The notes under the pieces: model-generated
Databases searched by the model: none
Told to the model about the DNA's origin: nothing
What the model saw: only the letters and a program-made list of their open reading frames with translations
Shown here: positions 11,061 through 18,878 of the stretch, piece after piece
How the letters are laid out: every line of letters starts with the position of its first letter
Numbering within the stretch: the first letter of the stretch is position 1
From: Burkholderiales bacterium
Lineage (GTDB): Bacteria; Pseudomonadota; Gammaproteobacteria; Burkholderiales; Burkholderiaceae_C
Assembly: GCA_038317285.1 (NCBI GenBank)
Contig: JBBQBG010000001.1
Span: 1 to 55,945, forward strand
Direction of reading: 5' to 3'
Length of the DNA stretch: 55,945 nucleotides
Position numbers and translations under genes: made by a program

Positions 11061-11078
11061 TGGCGGAGTGGACGGGAC
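11061..11078 (-). mobile_element. tRNA-Asp 3'-end fragment, att-site relic
   Basis: Minus strand reads GTCCCGTCCACTCCGCCA, matching the T-arm 3' half, acceptor strand and CCA of betaproteobacterial tRNA-Asp as recalled. The rest of the tRNA is absent. Confidence 0.65.
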
Positions 11079-11152
11079 ACTCTGCGAAACTCCAGAAAGC
11101 CCAGTAAACACGCGGTTCCGCGCCTTTTGCCACTAAGCTGTGCTCCCCGTAA

Positions 11153-12184
11153 TCAGGGCAAGGTATTGGCATAAAACCAATCGATCAATTCGCCGTTGCT
11201 GTGACCGTAGGCCTCGTTCCATAGCCAATAGTGTGGCGCGTTGGTAACCGCCGTGAAGCGACTGCTGCTTGGCCAGCCGGCTGCAATCAATCGGTCATAA
11301 GCAGCCCGGCCAAAGCTAAACGGCACTTGCGCATCTGCCGTGCCATGCATAAACCAAATCTGGCGCTTGGGGCTGGCCGCGCCGATGCTGAAATTGCTAC
11401 CCAGAGGGTCGTAGCCCGCGCTCACGGCATACGCAGCAAACGGACTGCTCCACTGGCCATTAAAAACGTTGGCGTTGTTACTGGCCATGGCCATTGCCAC
11501 TGTGAAGCCTGCACCACGCGAAAATCCGGCGGCGTAGATTTTGCGCTTGTCGATGTTGTAACTGGTCCCTATGTCTTGCACGATGCGCGTGATCAACTGC
11601 AAATCATTGCCAAAACTGTTGCTGCTGCCGTCAGCACCAGGCCAACCCTGCGTCGCTGATAGCAACCAAGCCGAAACGCCAGAGCTCCCTATATAAGCGT
11701 CCGCCGCAACGAGCACGTAGTTTTTCGCGTCAGCACTCTGTGTCAAGCCGATATTGGTGACAAAGTTGTCGCCACGGTCCCCCGCCCCATGCAAAGCTAT
11801 GACGAGGGGAACTGGTTCAGACGTGGCAGACGCCCGCGCGTTATTCGGCGCATAAACAAAATAACTGCGTTGCACACCGTTAACTGAAACTTGGGCTTGC
11901 CGCGGCCCGGCAGCACCACCGCTGCCTAGCGTGCCATGGCCTGGTGCGGGTGCTGGCGCTGGCGCTGGCGCTGGCGCTGGGGCTGGGGCCGGGGCAGGTG
12001 CTAGCGGCTCAATAGGCGGCATTGGTGTGAGTGCAGGAGGGAATGGTGTTGCCGCCGGAGTGGGAACGGAATTAGGAGCGGGGTTCGGTTGAGACACGGG
12101 CTCACTTCCTCCCCCGCCACACGCCACCAAGTTGGCCAAGATCAGGCAAGCCAACAAGGCTCGAAGCAGTGAAAAAGATGACAT
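11153..12184 (-). CDS. PHB depolymerase/LpqC-like esterase lipoprotein with Pro-Ala linker
   Basis: Lipobox LVAC-GGGG, (PA)n linker, PLVIALHGAG, GFSRG nucleophile, HGTAD, APH. Confidence 0.82.
   Translation of the reverse strand: MSSFSLLRALLACLILANLVACGGGGSEPVSQPNPAPNSVPTPAATPFPPALTPMPPIEPLAPAPAPAPAPAPAPAPAPAPGHGTLGSGGAAGPRQAQVSVNGVQRSYFVYAPNNARASATSEPVPLVIALHGAGDRGDNFVTNIGLTQSADAKNYVLVAADAYIGSSGVSAWLLSATQGWPGADGSSNSFGNDLQLITRIVQDIGTSYNIDKRKIYAAGFSRGAGFTVAMAMASNNANVFNGQWSSPFAAYAVSAGYDPLGSNFSIGAASPKRQIWFMHGTADAQVPFSFGRAAYDRLIAAGWPSSSRFTAVTNAPHYWLWNEAYGHSNGELIDWFYANTLP
11940..12003 (-). repeat. Hexamer tandem repeat encoding about 10 Pro-Ala units
   Basis: GCTGGC/GCTGGG/GCCGGG tandem run on the plus strand. 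Confidence 0.85.
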
Positions 12185-12625
12185 GTCGGAAATCCTTTGA
12201 GCGGTGGCGTGGCTGGCAGTTTACAAGCGCTTGCGCGCGTTTCGTCTTCGATGAATGTGGGTCGGTTGCGGGCATAAGCCGAACCAAAGTCTATATCCGC
12301 TAAATGCCAGGTCTTGCCATTCAGTTTTTCATCAGCCCCGTTTGAGCGACCGCCACCGGCAAGTAGGCTGCGTTTGCGGTTGTTCAGGTTCGGCAGCTGT
12401 GTGACCGCAATGCAGCCAGACGCAGCCGTTCGCCAATGACCGCTATGGGGCGATTGATTTTTATCGTGTTGACCTGCGGAGATCAGCTCCAACTGGCAGG
12501 TTCCGGAGGTCGCAAAGGTGCTCTAAAGCGGGCAGTGGGTCACCCAAAGTGAATTCAAACGGGTGTTGAATTTAAACGGGTCTGCCGCTTCGCTCTTAGC
12601 AATATAGTGCCGGTATCAAAGTTGC

Positions 12626-12643
12626 TGGCACACCGGGTTTCAT
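12626..12643 (-). pseudogene. intI: Vestigial 5' end of an integron integrase gene
   Basis: ATG AAA CCC GGT GTG CCA (MKPGVP), after which similarity is lost. Context GGTTTCATGG-N11-LexA box parallels intI1 (GGTTTTCATGG-N10-CTGT...ACAG). attC cassettes lie divergently downstream. Confidence 0.5.
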
Positions 12644-12656
12644 GGAAAATTTATAT

Positions 12657-12672
12657 CTTCATATTTATACAG
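12657..12672. promoter_or_regulatory. Degenerate LexA (SOS) box
   Basis: CTTCATATTTATACAG versus CTG-N10-CAG, one mismatch in the conserved triplets, 13 bp upstream of the putative intI start. Confidence 0.55.
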
Positions 12673-12727
12673 TGGTTGGGCCGCAAAGCCAACAGGCAAG
12701 CCGTTTCCGGCGTTTTCTCAAAAAGCT

Positions 12728-13483
12728 GGGCAATGGCGCAACTCCAAGACCGATTACCTCGTACCGGTCAAAGCCCTCAGTGCGCTGTTTCGCGGCAAAC
12801 TCCTGGCCCACCTCAGCCACGCCTTGACCCACCAACGGTTGAAGCTGCCGCCCCAGCACACCTTGCAGCACTGGCGCCAGTGCATCCGCCAGCAATATGC
12901 CAAGCACTGGAATGTTGAACTCAGCCAGTCTTACGCGCACGGGCGGGGTGTGGCCCTGTACTTGGCACGCTACGTCAAGGGCGGGCCACTGGGCCCTGAG
13001 CGAGCCCTGCACCTGAACGCACAGGGCGTACACTTTGATTACACCGATCACCGCGATGGCCAACACAAACACATGACTCTGCAAACCGATGCGTTTATCC
13101 GGCGTGTGCTTTGGCATGCGCCCGTACAGGGCCAGCATCTGGTGCGCCACTGTGGTTTGTACGCCAGCGCGGCAAAAGTGCTGCAGCACAAAGCCATGAC
13201 TGCGTTGCGACCCGCATCCATGCCCGTGGCGCAAGAGCCACTGGCCTGTCACGCGCCACCGCAGCAGCCCATCACGGCCCACTTGTGTCCGCGATGTACG
13301 CAAGCCCTGGTGCGCATCAGCAGTGTCTTGCCTGCGCACCGCTTTGGTGAAATTTCTATAGCGGAGCACAGTCAGACCCCTTCAGGCATTGGCCCAACGG
13401 GTCGACCTAGCGGACAAACGACGGCAAATGACAATGGCGTCCTTCGACGACGTTCTTTGCGCCGTTGTTCGCCGCTAATCTAA
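12728..13483 (+). pseudogene. IS91-family (HUH/Y2) transposase, 5'-truncated
   Basis: Continuous frame GQWRNSKTDYLVPVKALSALFRGKLL...YLARYVKGGP...FIRRVLWHAP...VRHCGLYA...CPRC. YxxxY motif retained; HUH motif and N-terminal Zn domain missing. Confidence 0.85.
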
Positions 13484-13492
13484 ACGTTCGAC
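13392..13492 (+). mobile_element. Integron attC site 1 (101 bp)
   Basis: R'' GCCCAAC, 5 nt, L'' GACCTAGC, imperfect stem (ggacaaacgacggcaaa / tttgcgccgttgttcgcc), L' GCTAATC, 5 nt, R' GTTCGAC. Confidence 0.8.
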
Positions 13493-13550
13493 TGCAATAG
13501 CATAGTGTTCTAGGCTTGCCGCCATGTAGTCCATGGGATACAATCGTGCT

Positions 13551-13838
13551 ATGCGTGTGCAAACGACCAAGGTCTATCTCGATTGGATTAATTCCCTGAA
13601 TGACCGAGCGGGTCGTGCACGAATTCAAGTTCGCGTCGATAGACTCGTTCACGGGAATCCGGGGCAGCATAGGGCTCTGACTGACGGTGTTTGCGAGTTG
13701 AAGATCGATTTCGGACCAGGATACCGGGTCTATTACACGGAGCGAGCTGGCGTTGTCTTTGTGCTGCTGGCTGGCGGTGACAAATCATCTCAGCAGAAAG
13801 ACATCAAGACTGCGATCTCGTTGGCAAAAGGACTCTAG
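13551..13838 (+). CDS. Type II TA RelE/ParE-superfamily toxin (addiction module killer, HigB-like)
   Basis: ARIQVRVDRL.GNPG...GVCELKIDFGPGYRVYY...LLAGGDKSSQQKDI. Confidence 0.92.
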   Translation: MRVQTTKVYLDWINSLNDRAGRARIQVRVDRLVHGNPGQHRALTDGVCELKIDFGPGYRVYYTERAGVVFVLLAGGDKSSQQKDIKTAISLAKGL

Positions 13839-13848
13839 GAGCATTTTT

Positions 13849-14178
13849 ATGACAAAAGCAATTTCTAAAGCAAGAGCGTCGACCACCAAAGTGACCAGCA
13901 CCGTTGCGTATGACGTATCTGAACAACTCAGAACGCCAGAGGAGATGGCTGCGTATCTGGACGCATGGCTGGAAGAGGCACCGGATGACGCAACCGGAAT
14001 TGCCCGTGCACTAGGGGACATCGCGCGTGCCAAGGGGATGACGCAAGTGGCGCGCGACGCCGGGCTGAGTCGGGAAAGTTTGTACAAAGCCTTGGGTGAA
14101 AATGGAAATCCAACTTTCGCAACGGTTTTAAAGGTGGCGAGGGCATTGGGCGTTAGGTTTCATGCGCAAGTTGCCTAA
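13849..14178 (+). CDS. Addiction module antidote protein (HigA-like HTH antitoxin)
   Basis: YDVSEQLRTPEEMAAYL...ALGDIARAKGMTQVARDAGLSRESLYKAL...GNPTFATVLKV; directly follows the toxin. Confidence 0.92.
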   Translation: MTKAISKARASTTKVTSTVAYDVSEQLRTPEEMAAYLDAWLEEAPDDATGIARALGDIARAKGMTQVARDAGLSRESLYKALGENGNPTFATVLKVARALGVRFHAQVA

Positions 14179-14184
14179 ATTGCT

Positions 14185-14241
14185 TTCGGACAGGTCATTC
14201 CACACTGACGCCTGCGGCGCTGGTGAATTTCGACGTTCAAC
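14185..14241 (+). mobile_element. Integron attC site 2 (57 bp, R'' degenerate)
   Basis: R'' TTCGGAC (expected GTCGAAC), L'' ATTCCAC pairing with L' GTGAAT with an extra C, central CGCC-TGC-GGCG hairpin, R' GTTCAAC. Starts 6 nt after the antitoxin stop. Confidence 0.68.
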
Positions 14242-14430
14242 CAGAGCCTGTCGCTGCCAGCCGAACGACTGCAATCCCTACCGGGCTAGGTTAGCTCTCG
14301 CAGCTTTACAGTCATAGCGGCTATCCCAAAAAGCACTACTTTGCATCACATGCAGTCGAAGGGTGCGTAGCAAATCGACGAAAACCGGCTGACTGACAGA
14401 GCACTTTGAAAAACAACCTATACGTTGCCT

Positions 14431-14486
14431 TACTTCAAAAATGATAGCTGCTTACGCAATACCGACGAGGGCTAGGGCCGGATTTT
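14431..14486 (+). repeat. Dispersed ~55-bp REP-like repeat, copy 1
   Basis: ...GATAGCTGCTTACGCAATACCGACGAGGGCTAGGGCCGGATTTT; shares the TAGC...GC...CGAGGGCT core with the other copies. Confidence 0.75.
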
Positions 14487-14524
14487 ATGTATACCGCACT
14501 CCGCAGCCGCTGATATAAAGCCCA

Positions 14525-15070
14525 TCAGGGTGTCGACAACGCTTGCAGGTAATGCACCAATTTTTGCCCCGCCTGCTCCACGCTGTGCTCGTTGACGATG
14601 GTGCAGTCAGTGTGCAGTTGAGAAAACTGGGTATTGCGGGCCATGCGATCTGCAACTGCGTGGGGGGCGTCACGGCCGCGCTGTTGCAACCGTTGCGCCA
14701 GTACTTGTGCATCGGCAACGATTTGCACCACTCGTACGTCGGGTCTGCCGGCCAGCGCATTGGCATGCTCCCGCGAGCCATTGACCACAACTACACCACC
14801 GCCTTGCACGGTCTTTGCATAGTGCACTGCAATGCCATAGGCAAACCCGTGCGCGTGCCACTCCCATGCCAACCCACTCGCTTCGCGCAGTTGCGCAAAC
14901 TGCCCGGGGGTAACTGCGTCGTGGTCGGAGCCTGCATGGGGCTCGCGGGTCACCATGCGCCTTGCAAAGCCAATGCCGGCACTACCCCCCAGACGCTCGG
15001 CCGCCCAGTGCATCACGCTGTCCTTGCCCGCGCCCGATGCGCCGCACACAAACACCCACACGCCGCTCAT
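14525..15070 (-). CDS. phnN: Ribose 1,5-bisphosphate phosphokinase
   Basis: CGASGAGKDS, WHAHGFAYGI, VVNGSR, RLQQRGRD; located in the phn cluster. Confidence 0.9.
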   Translation of the reverse strand: MSGVWVFVCGASGAGKDSVMHWAAERLGGSAGIGFARRMVTREPHAGSDHDAVTPGQFAQLREASGLAWEWHAHGFAYGIAVHYAKTVQGGGVVVVNGSREHANALAGRPDVRVVQIVADAQVLAQRLQQRGRDAPHAVADRMARNTQFSQLHTDCTIVNEHSVEQAGQKLVHYLQALSTP

Positions 15071-15762
15071 GCGCCCAACTCCATGTCGGCCATTCGGGTG
15101 AAAGCATGCCCGTTGCCAGGCTCTACAAACAAGCACAAGCGATCCAAAACCAGGGGTTCTGTTGCATTGAGTTGCGCCACGCGGTCTTGCACGGCGTGCA
15201 CCACTGCCTCTGCATACGATGGGGTAACAGAGCCCGTCAACGAGAAGTGCAAGCGAAATCGCTCCATCACATACGGGTAGCCAAACTGATGCAACAACTC
15301 CAAGGCACGCGCATCAAGCTTTTCCGGCTGGCGTCGCGCCAGGTCCTCAGCACTCAACGGTCGGCGCAAATCGTCTAGGTCCGTGACGCAGCTTGCCGCC
15401 AGTTGGGCCAGCGCTTGCGGCACCTCACCTGGCACCAGCGCTACAAAGTTGCCCAGTACTGTGGGATGCAAATGCCCAAGATCCAAAGGCCGTAGTGTTT
15501 TGGCATGCGCCCGAAGGCGCCGTTGCAGCTCGGCCACGGTACAACCGGTGTGCAAGCCAAACGGCGCTTTGAGCGTAGCGTGAAAACCATAGCGGCGGGG
15601 CTCGGCCGTCATGGCGTGCAAAGCCTCGGACGAGATGTGGGGCAACTCCGGTTGCAGCAACGCACAGTCTCGGATTTCGTCCCGCCCCAGCCAATGCGCA
15701 CCAAACTGCCACCAGGCAGAGTGCGGTGGCGGTGCAAAGTACACCGCATGGCGCGCGGTCAT
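15067..15762 (-). CDS. DUF1045 phosphonate-metabolism protein (2H phosphoesterase-like)
   Basis: RHAVYFAP, PRRYGFHATLKAPF and GYPYVMERFRLHFSLT give two HxT/S motifs. Confidence 0.9.
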   Translation of the reverse strand: MTARHAVYFAPPPHSAWWQFGAHWLGRDEIRDCALLQPELPHISSEALHAMTAEPRRYGFHATLKAPFGLHTGCTVAELQRRLRAHAKTLRPLDLGHLHPTVLGNFVALVPGEVPQALAQLAASCVTDLDDLRRPLSAEDLARRQPEKLDARALELLHQFGYPYVMERFRLHFSLTGSVTPSYAEAVVHAVQDRVAQLNATEPLVLDRLCLFVEPGNGHAFTRMADMELGA

Positions 15763-16517
15763 GGCTCATCCCCTGCTGCAACCAAGAGTTGCACCCGATC
15801 ACCGGAGAAGACAACCTCACCATATTTGATGGGAGTGCCGTCCATGTCCACATCCAGGCTCTCCACGCACAGCACGGGCCGAGTACCCATTTGTTTGAGC
15901 AAGCGGGCCGTCTCGTCGCTGGGCATCTGCGTAGTGATGCGGCTTTGCGCACGCAAGTAGTCTTGCACGCCAAAATGCTTCAGGATATCCGTAGTGCGGT
16001 CGCCAGATGCCAACATTTCCAGCAGCCCGGCAAAGCGCTGGGCTGGGTAGTAGGCGGTGGCCAGGCCGATGGGCGCATCGTTGGCCTCGTCCAGGGTCTC
16101 CACCATCAGCACGGCATCCCCCTTGGCCAACCGCAGTTCCTTGGCAGCCCGGTCCGGGGCCGGCATTTGCCGCGCCGTCAGCAGTTGCTTGCTGGGCAAC
16201 AGACCTTGGCGCAACAGGTTCTCGCTAAAGCGGGTGCGCCGCGACAGGGCGTAGTCCATCAACTCGTGCTGGATGAACATGCCCCGCCCAGGTTCGATGC
16301 GCACCAGGCCATCGGTTTGCAAGGCAGCCAAAGCCTGGCGCATGGTATGGCGGTTGACCTGGAAGCGTGACGCCAGTTCCACCTCACCTGGCAGGCGGCC
16401 AGTCTCGGCGTAGATGCGGTTGCGGATTTCACCGCCCAAGGTGTCGGCAATCTGCTTCCACACCGATACGCCGCTGCGCCGCCCCGGCGCGCCGGTGTTG
16501 AGTTGTGCAAAGGGCAT
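15759..16517 (-). CDS. phnF: Phosphonate metabolism GntR/UTRA regulator
   Basis: RLPGEVELASRFQVNRHTMRQAL, RTRFSENL, UTRA domain. Confidence 0.93.
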   Translation of the reverse strand: MPFAQLNTGAPGRRSGVSVWKQIADTLGGEIRNRIYAETGRLPGEVELASRFQVNRHTMRQALAALQTDGLVRIEPGRGMFIQHELMDYALSRRTRFSENLLRQGLLPSKQLLTARQMPAPDRAAKELRLAKGDAVLMVETLDEANDAPIGLATAYYPAQRFAGLLEMLASGDRTTDILKHFGVQDYLRAQSRITTQMPSDETARLLKQMGTRPVLCVESLDVDMDGTPIKYGEVVFSGDRVQLLVAAGDEP

Positions 16518-16565
16518 GCAAGTCTCCTGATGTGGGGAAAGTCGTCGAATGTAGAGATGGATTTA

Positions 16566-16579
16566 GACATCTAGATGAC
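16566..16579. promoter_or_regulatory. Candidate PhnF operator palindrome
   Basis: GACATCTAGATGAC with perfect core CATCTAGATG, between divergent phnF and phnG. Confidence 0.6.
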
Positions 16580-16617
16580 AAAGCCTGAAATCCGCCGACT
16601 TTTTTTCTCACACGGGG

Positions 16618-16635
16618 TTGTCATAAATCGTACAT
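16618..16635 (+). promoter_or_regulatory. Pho box upstream of phnG
   Basis: TTGTCAT-AAAT-CGTACAT. Confidence 0.7.
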
Positions 16636-16658
16636 GTTGGCGCGGTGAACTCGTCTCC

Positions 16659-17123
16659 ATGACAACAAACACACATTCTCCTGCGCACCTGGCGCGCCCT
16701 GCGTGGCTGGCGGTGCTGGCACGCGCCAGCCTGGCCCAACTTGAGGCCCAACTGCCGAGCCTGGCAGCGCTACCCACCGTGACGCGGGTGCGCCCTGCCG
16801 AGGTCGGTATGGTGATGCTGCGCGGGCGCGTCGGCGGCACGGGTGATGCGTTCAACCTGGGCGAAGCCAGCGTCGTGCGCTGCGCCGTTCGCTTGGGCGA
16901 CGGGCCCTTGGGCGTGTCCTACGCGCTGGGCCGCGACAAGCGCCGCGCAGAGGCCGCTGCGCTGTGCGACGCCCTACTGCAAGACGCACACCACCACGAC
17001 CAATTGCAACAGTGTTTGGTAGTGCCATTGGCCCAGGGACAAGCGCAAGCAAAGGCGCAAAGGCACAACGCGGTGGCCCAATCCAAGGTCGAGTTCTTTA
17101 CCTTGGTACGGGGTGAAGCATGA
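16659..17123 (+). CDS. phnG: C-P lyase subunit PhnG
   Basis: RPAEVGMVMLRGRVGGTGDAFNLGEASV, SKVEFFTLVRGE. Confidence 0.95.
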   Translation: MTTNTHSPAHLARPAWLAVLARASLAQLEAQLPSLAALPTVTRVRPAEVGMVMLRGRVGGTGDAFNLGEASVVRCAVRLGDGPLGVSYALGRDKRRAEAAALCDALLQDAHHHDQLQQCLVVPLAQGQAQAKAQRHNAVAQSKVEFFTLVRGEA

Positions 17124-17746
17124 GCAGCGGCCCATCCACCAACGCCCTGGCCGCCGGTCTGCAGGATGCCGTGCACGAATCGCAGCAAGCCTTTCGCCAA
17201 GTGCTCGACGCGCTGGCCCGCCCTGGCCAAACCCGCCACATTGGCGCTGCGCTGCCCGGTGTAGCCCTGGGCGGTGCGATGGCGCGTCTGCTGTTGAGCC
17301 TGACCGACGACGAAACGCCCGTGCACTGGCAGCCGACAAGTCAAGGCACTAGTCACGACAGCGCGCTGCACAGCTGGCTGCAATTCCACACCGGTGCGCG
17401 TGCGATGGGGCAAGCCGACGCGGCCAGCTTTGCGGTGGTTACGGAGCCTTCGCAAGCCCCGCCACTGGTTGACTATGCGCAGGGCTCAGCAGCATCGCCC
17501 GAATTCTCTTGCACGCTGCTGATGGAGCTGCCCAGCTTGAATGGTGGCACCGCCTTGGAATGGCACGGCCCGGGCATCCAACACACACAGGTCGTCGGTC
17601 TTGAAGGTCTGCCCGAGGGCTTTTGGCAGCAGTGGCAGGCCAATCACGCCGCGTTCCCGCAAGGTGTGGACATCATCTTTACCTGCGGCGAATACGCGCT
17701 GGGCCTGCCCCGCACAACCCGCGTGCGCCGTTTGGAGGGCATTTGA
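17120..17746 (+). CDS. phnH: C-P lyase subunit PhnH
   Basis: SQQAFRQVLDALARPG, FHTGA, GPGI, FPQGVD, GLPRTT. Confidence 0.95.
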   Translation: MSSGPSTNALAAGLQDAVHESQQAFRQVLDALARPGQTRHIGAALPGVALGGAMARLLLSLTDDETPVHWQPTSQGTSHDSALHSWLQFHTGARAMGQADAASFAVVTEPSQAPPLVDYAQGSAASPEFSCTLLMELPSLNGGTALEWHGPGIQHTQVVGLEGLPEGFWQQWQANHAAFPQGVDIIFTCGEYALGLPRTTRVRRLEGI

Positions 17747-17747
17747 T

Positions 17748-18878
17748 ATGTATGTTGCAGTAAAAGGTGGTGCAGCGGCGATTGAAAGCTCTTGGCGCCT
17801 GTTAGACGCCCAGCGGCGGGGCGACAAGGGGATTGCAGAACTCTCCGTTGCGCAGATCCAATCGCAGCTGACACTGGCAGTGGACCGTGTCATGGTCGAA
17901 GGCTCGCTGTACGACCCCGAGTTGGCGGCCCTGGCCATCAAGCAGGCCAGCGGAGATTTGATCGAAGCCATTTTCTTGTTGCGGGCCTATCGCACCACCT
18001 TGCCGAGGCTGGGCTACGCGGAGCCGCTGGACACCGCGAAGATCGCTTTGTCGCGCCGGGTCTCGGCCACGTTCAAAGAAGTGCCAGGCGGTCAGCTGCT
18101 GGGTCCCACCTACGACTACACCCAGCGCCTGTTGGATTTTGCTTTGCTGGCCGAGGGTGCCGACCCTGAGGCCCAAGCAGCCGATGCGGCCCTATTGCCC
18201 GCACCCGAGGCCACCCACCACGTTGCGCCCCCCACCACCGTGCCGCGCATCAACGACTTGCTGGCACGCGAGGGCCTGCTGGAAACGCCACAACCGCAGG
18301 ACAAGGCTGCAACCGGTGATCTAACCCGCGAGCCACTGATGTTCCCAGCCGACCGCGCCGTGCGCCTGCAAGCCCTCGCGCGTGCGGACGAGGGGTGGCT
18401 GCTGGGTATGGGCTACTCCAGCCAGCGTGGCTACGCCAACGCGCACCCATTCGCAGGGGAAATTCGTCGCGGCCTGGTGCAGGTGGAAATGCAGGCCGAT
18501 GAGCTGGGTTTTGCGGTTGACATCGGCGACATTGAAATCACTGAGTGTCAGATGGTCAACCAGTTCAGTGGCAGCCGCGACATTCCACCGCAGTTCACGC
18601 AGGGTTACGGCCTGGCCTTTGGCGGTGCCGAGCGCAAGGCGATGGCCATGGCGCTGGTCGACCGCACCCTCAGAGCCGACGAATTGGGCGAGGCCCGCGT
18701 GGCGCCCGCGCAGGACGAAGAGTTTGTGCTCTCGCATGCCGACAACGTGGAGGCTTCGGGCTTTGTGCAGCACTTGAAGTTGCCGCATTACGTGGATTTT
18801 CAGGCCGAGCTGGAACTGGTGCGCAAGCTGCGCGCCAGCCATGCAGTCGCCACTATCGCCACCCAGGAAGCAGCATGA
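17748..18878 (+). CDS. phnI: C-P lyase subunit PhnI
   Basis: MYVAVKGG, LLRAYRTTLPR, GFVQHLKLPHYVDFQAEL. Confidence 0.97.
   Translation: MYVAVKGGAAAIESSWRLLDAQRRGDKGIAELSVAQIQSQLTLAVDRVMVEGSLYDPELAALAIKQASGDLIEAIFLLRAYRTTLPRLGYAEPLDTAKIALSRRVSATFKEVPGGQLLGPTYDYTQRLLDFALLAEGADPEAQAADAALLPAPEATHHVAPPTTVPRINDLLAREGLLETPQPQDKAATGDLTREPLMFPADRAVRLQALARADEGWLLGMGYSSQRGYANAHPFAGEIRRGLVQVEMQADELGFAVDIGDIEITECQMVNQFSGSRDIPPQFTQGYGLAFGGAERKAMAMALVDRTLRADELGEARVAPAQDEEFVLSHADNVEASGFVQHLKLPHYVDFQAELELVRKLRASHAVATIATQEAA

Noticed and set aside
11061-11140. Full tRNA-Asp gene
   Set aside because: Only the last 18 nt match; no D-arm, anticodon arm or TTCGA loop upstream.
12142-12492. 116-aa minus-strand ORF
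   Set aside because: No recognisable motif or RBS, and it overlaps the esterase start; treated as non-coding or decayed.
12665-13369. 234-aa minus-strand ORF
   Set aside because: Antisense shadow of the IS91-like transposase fragment.
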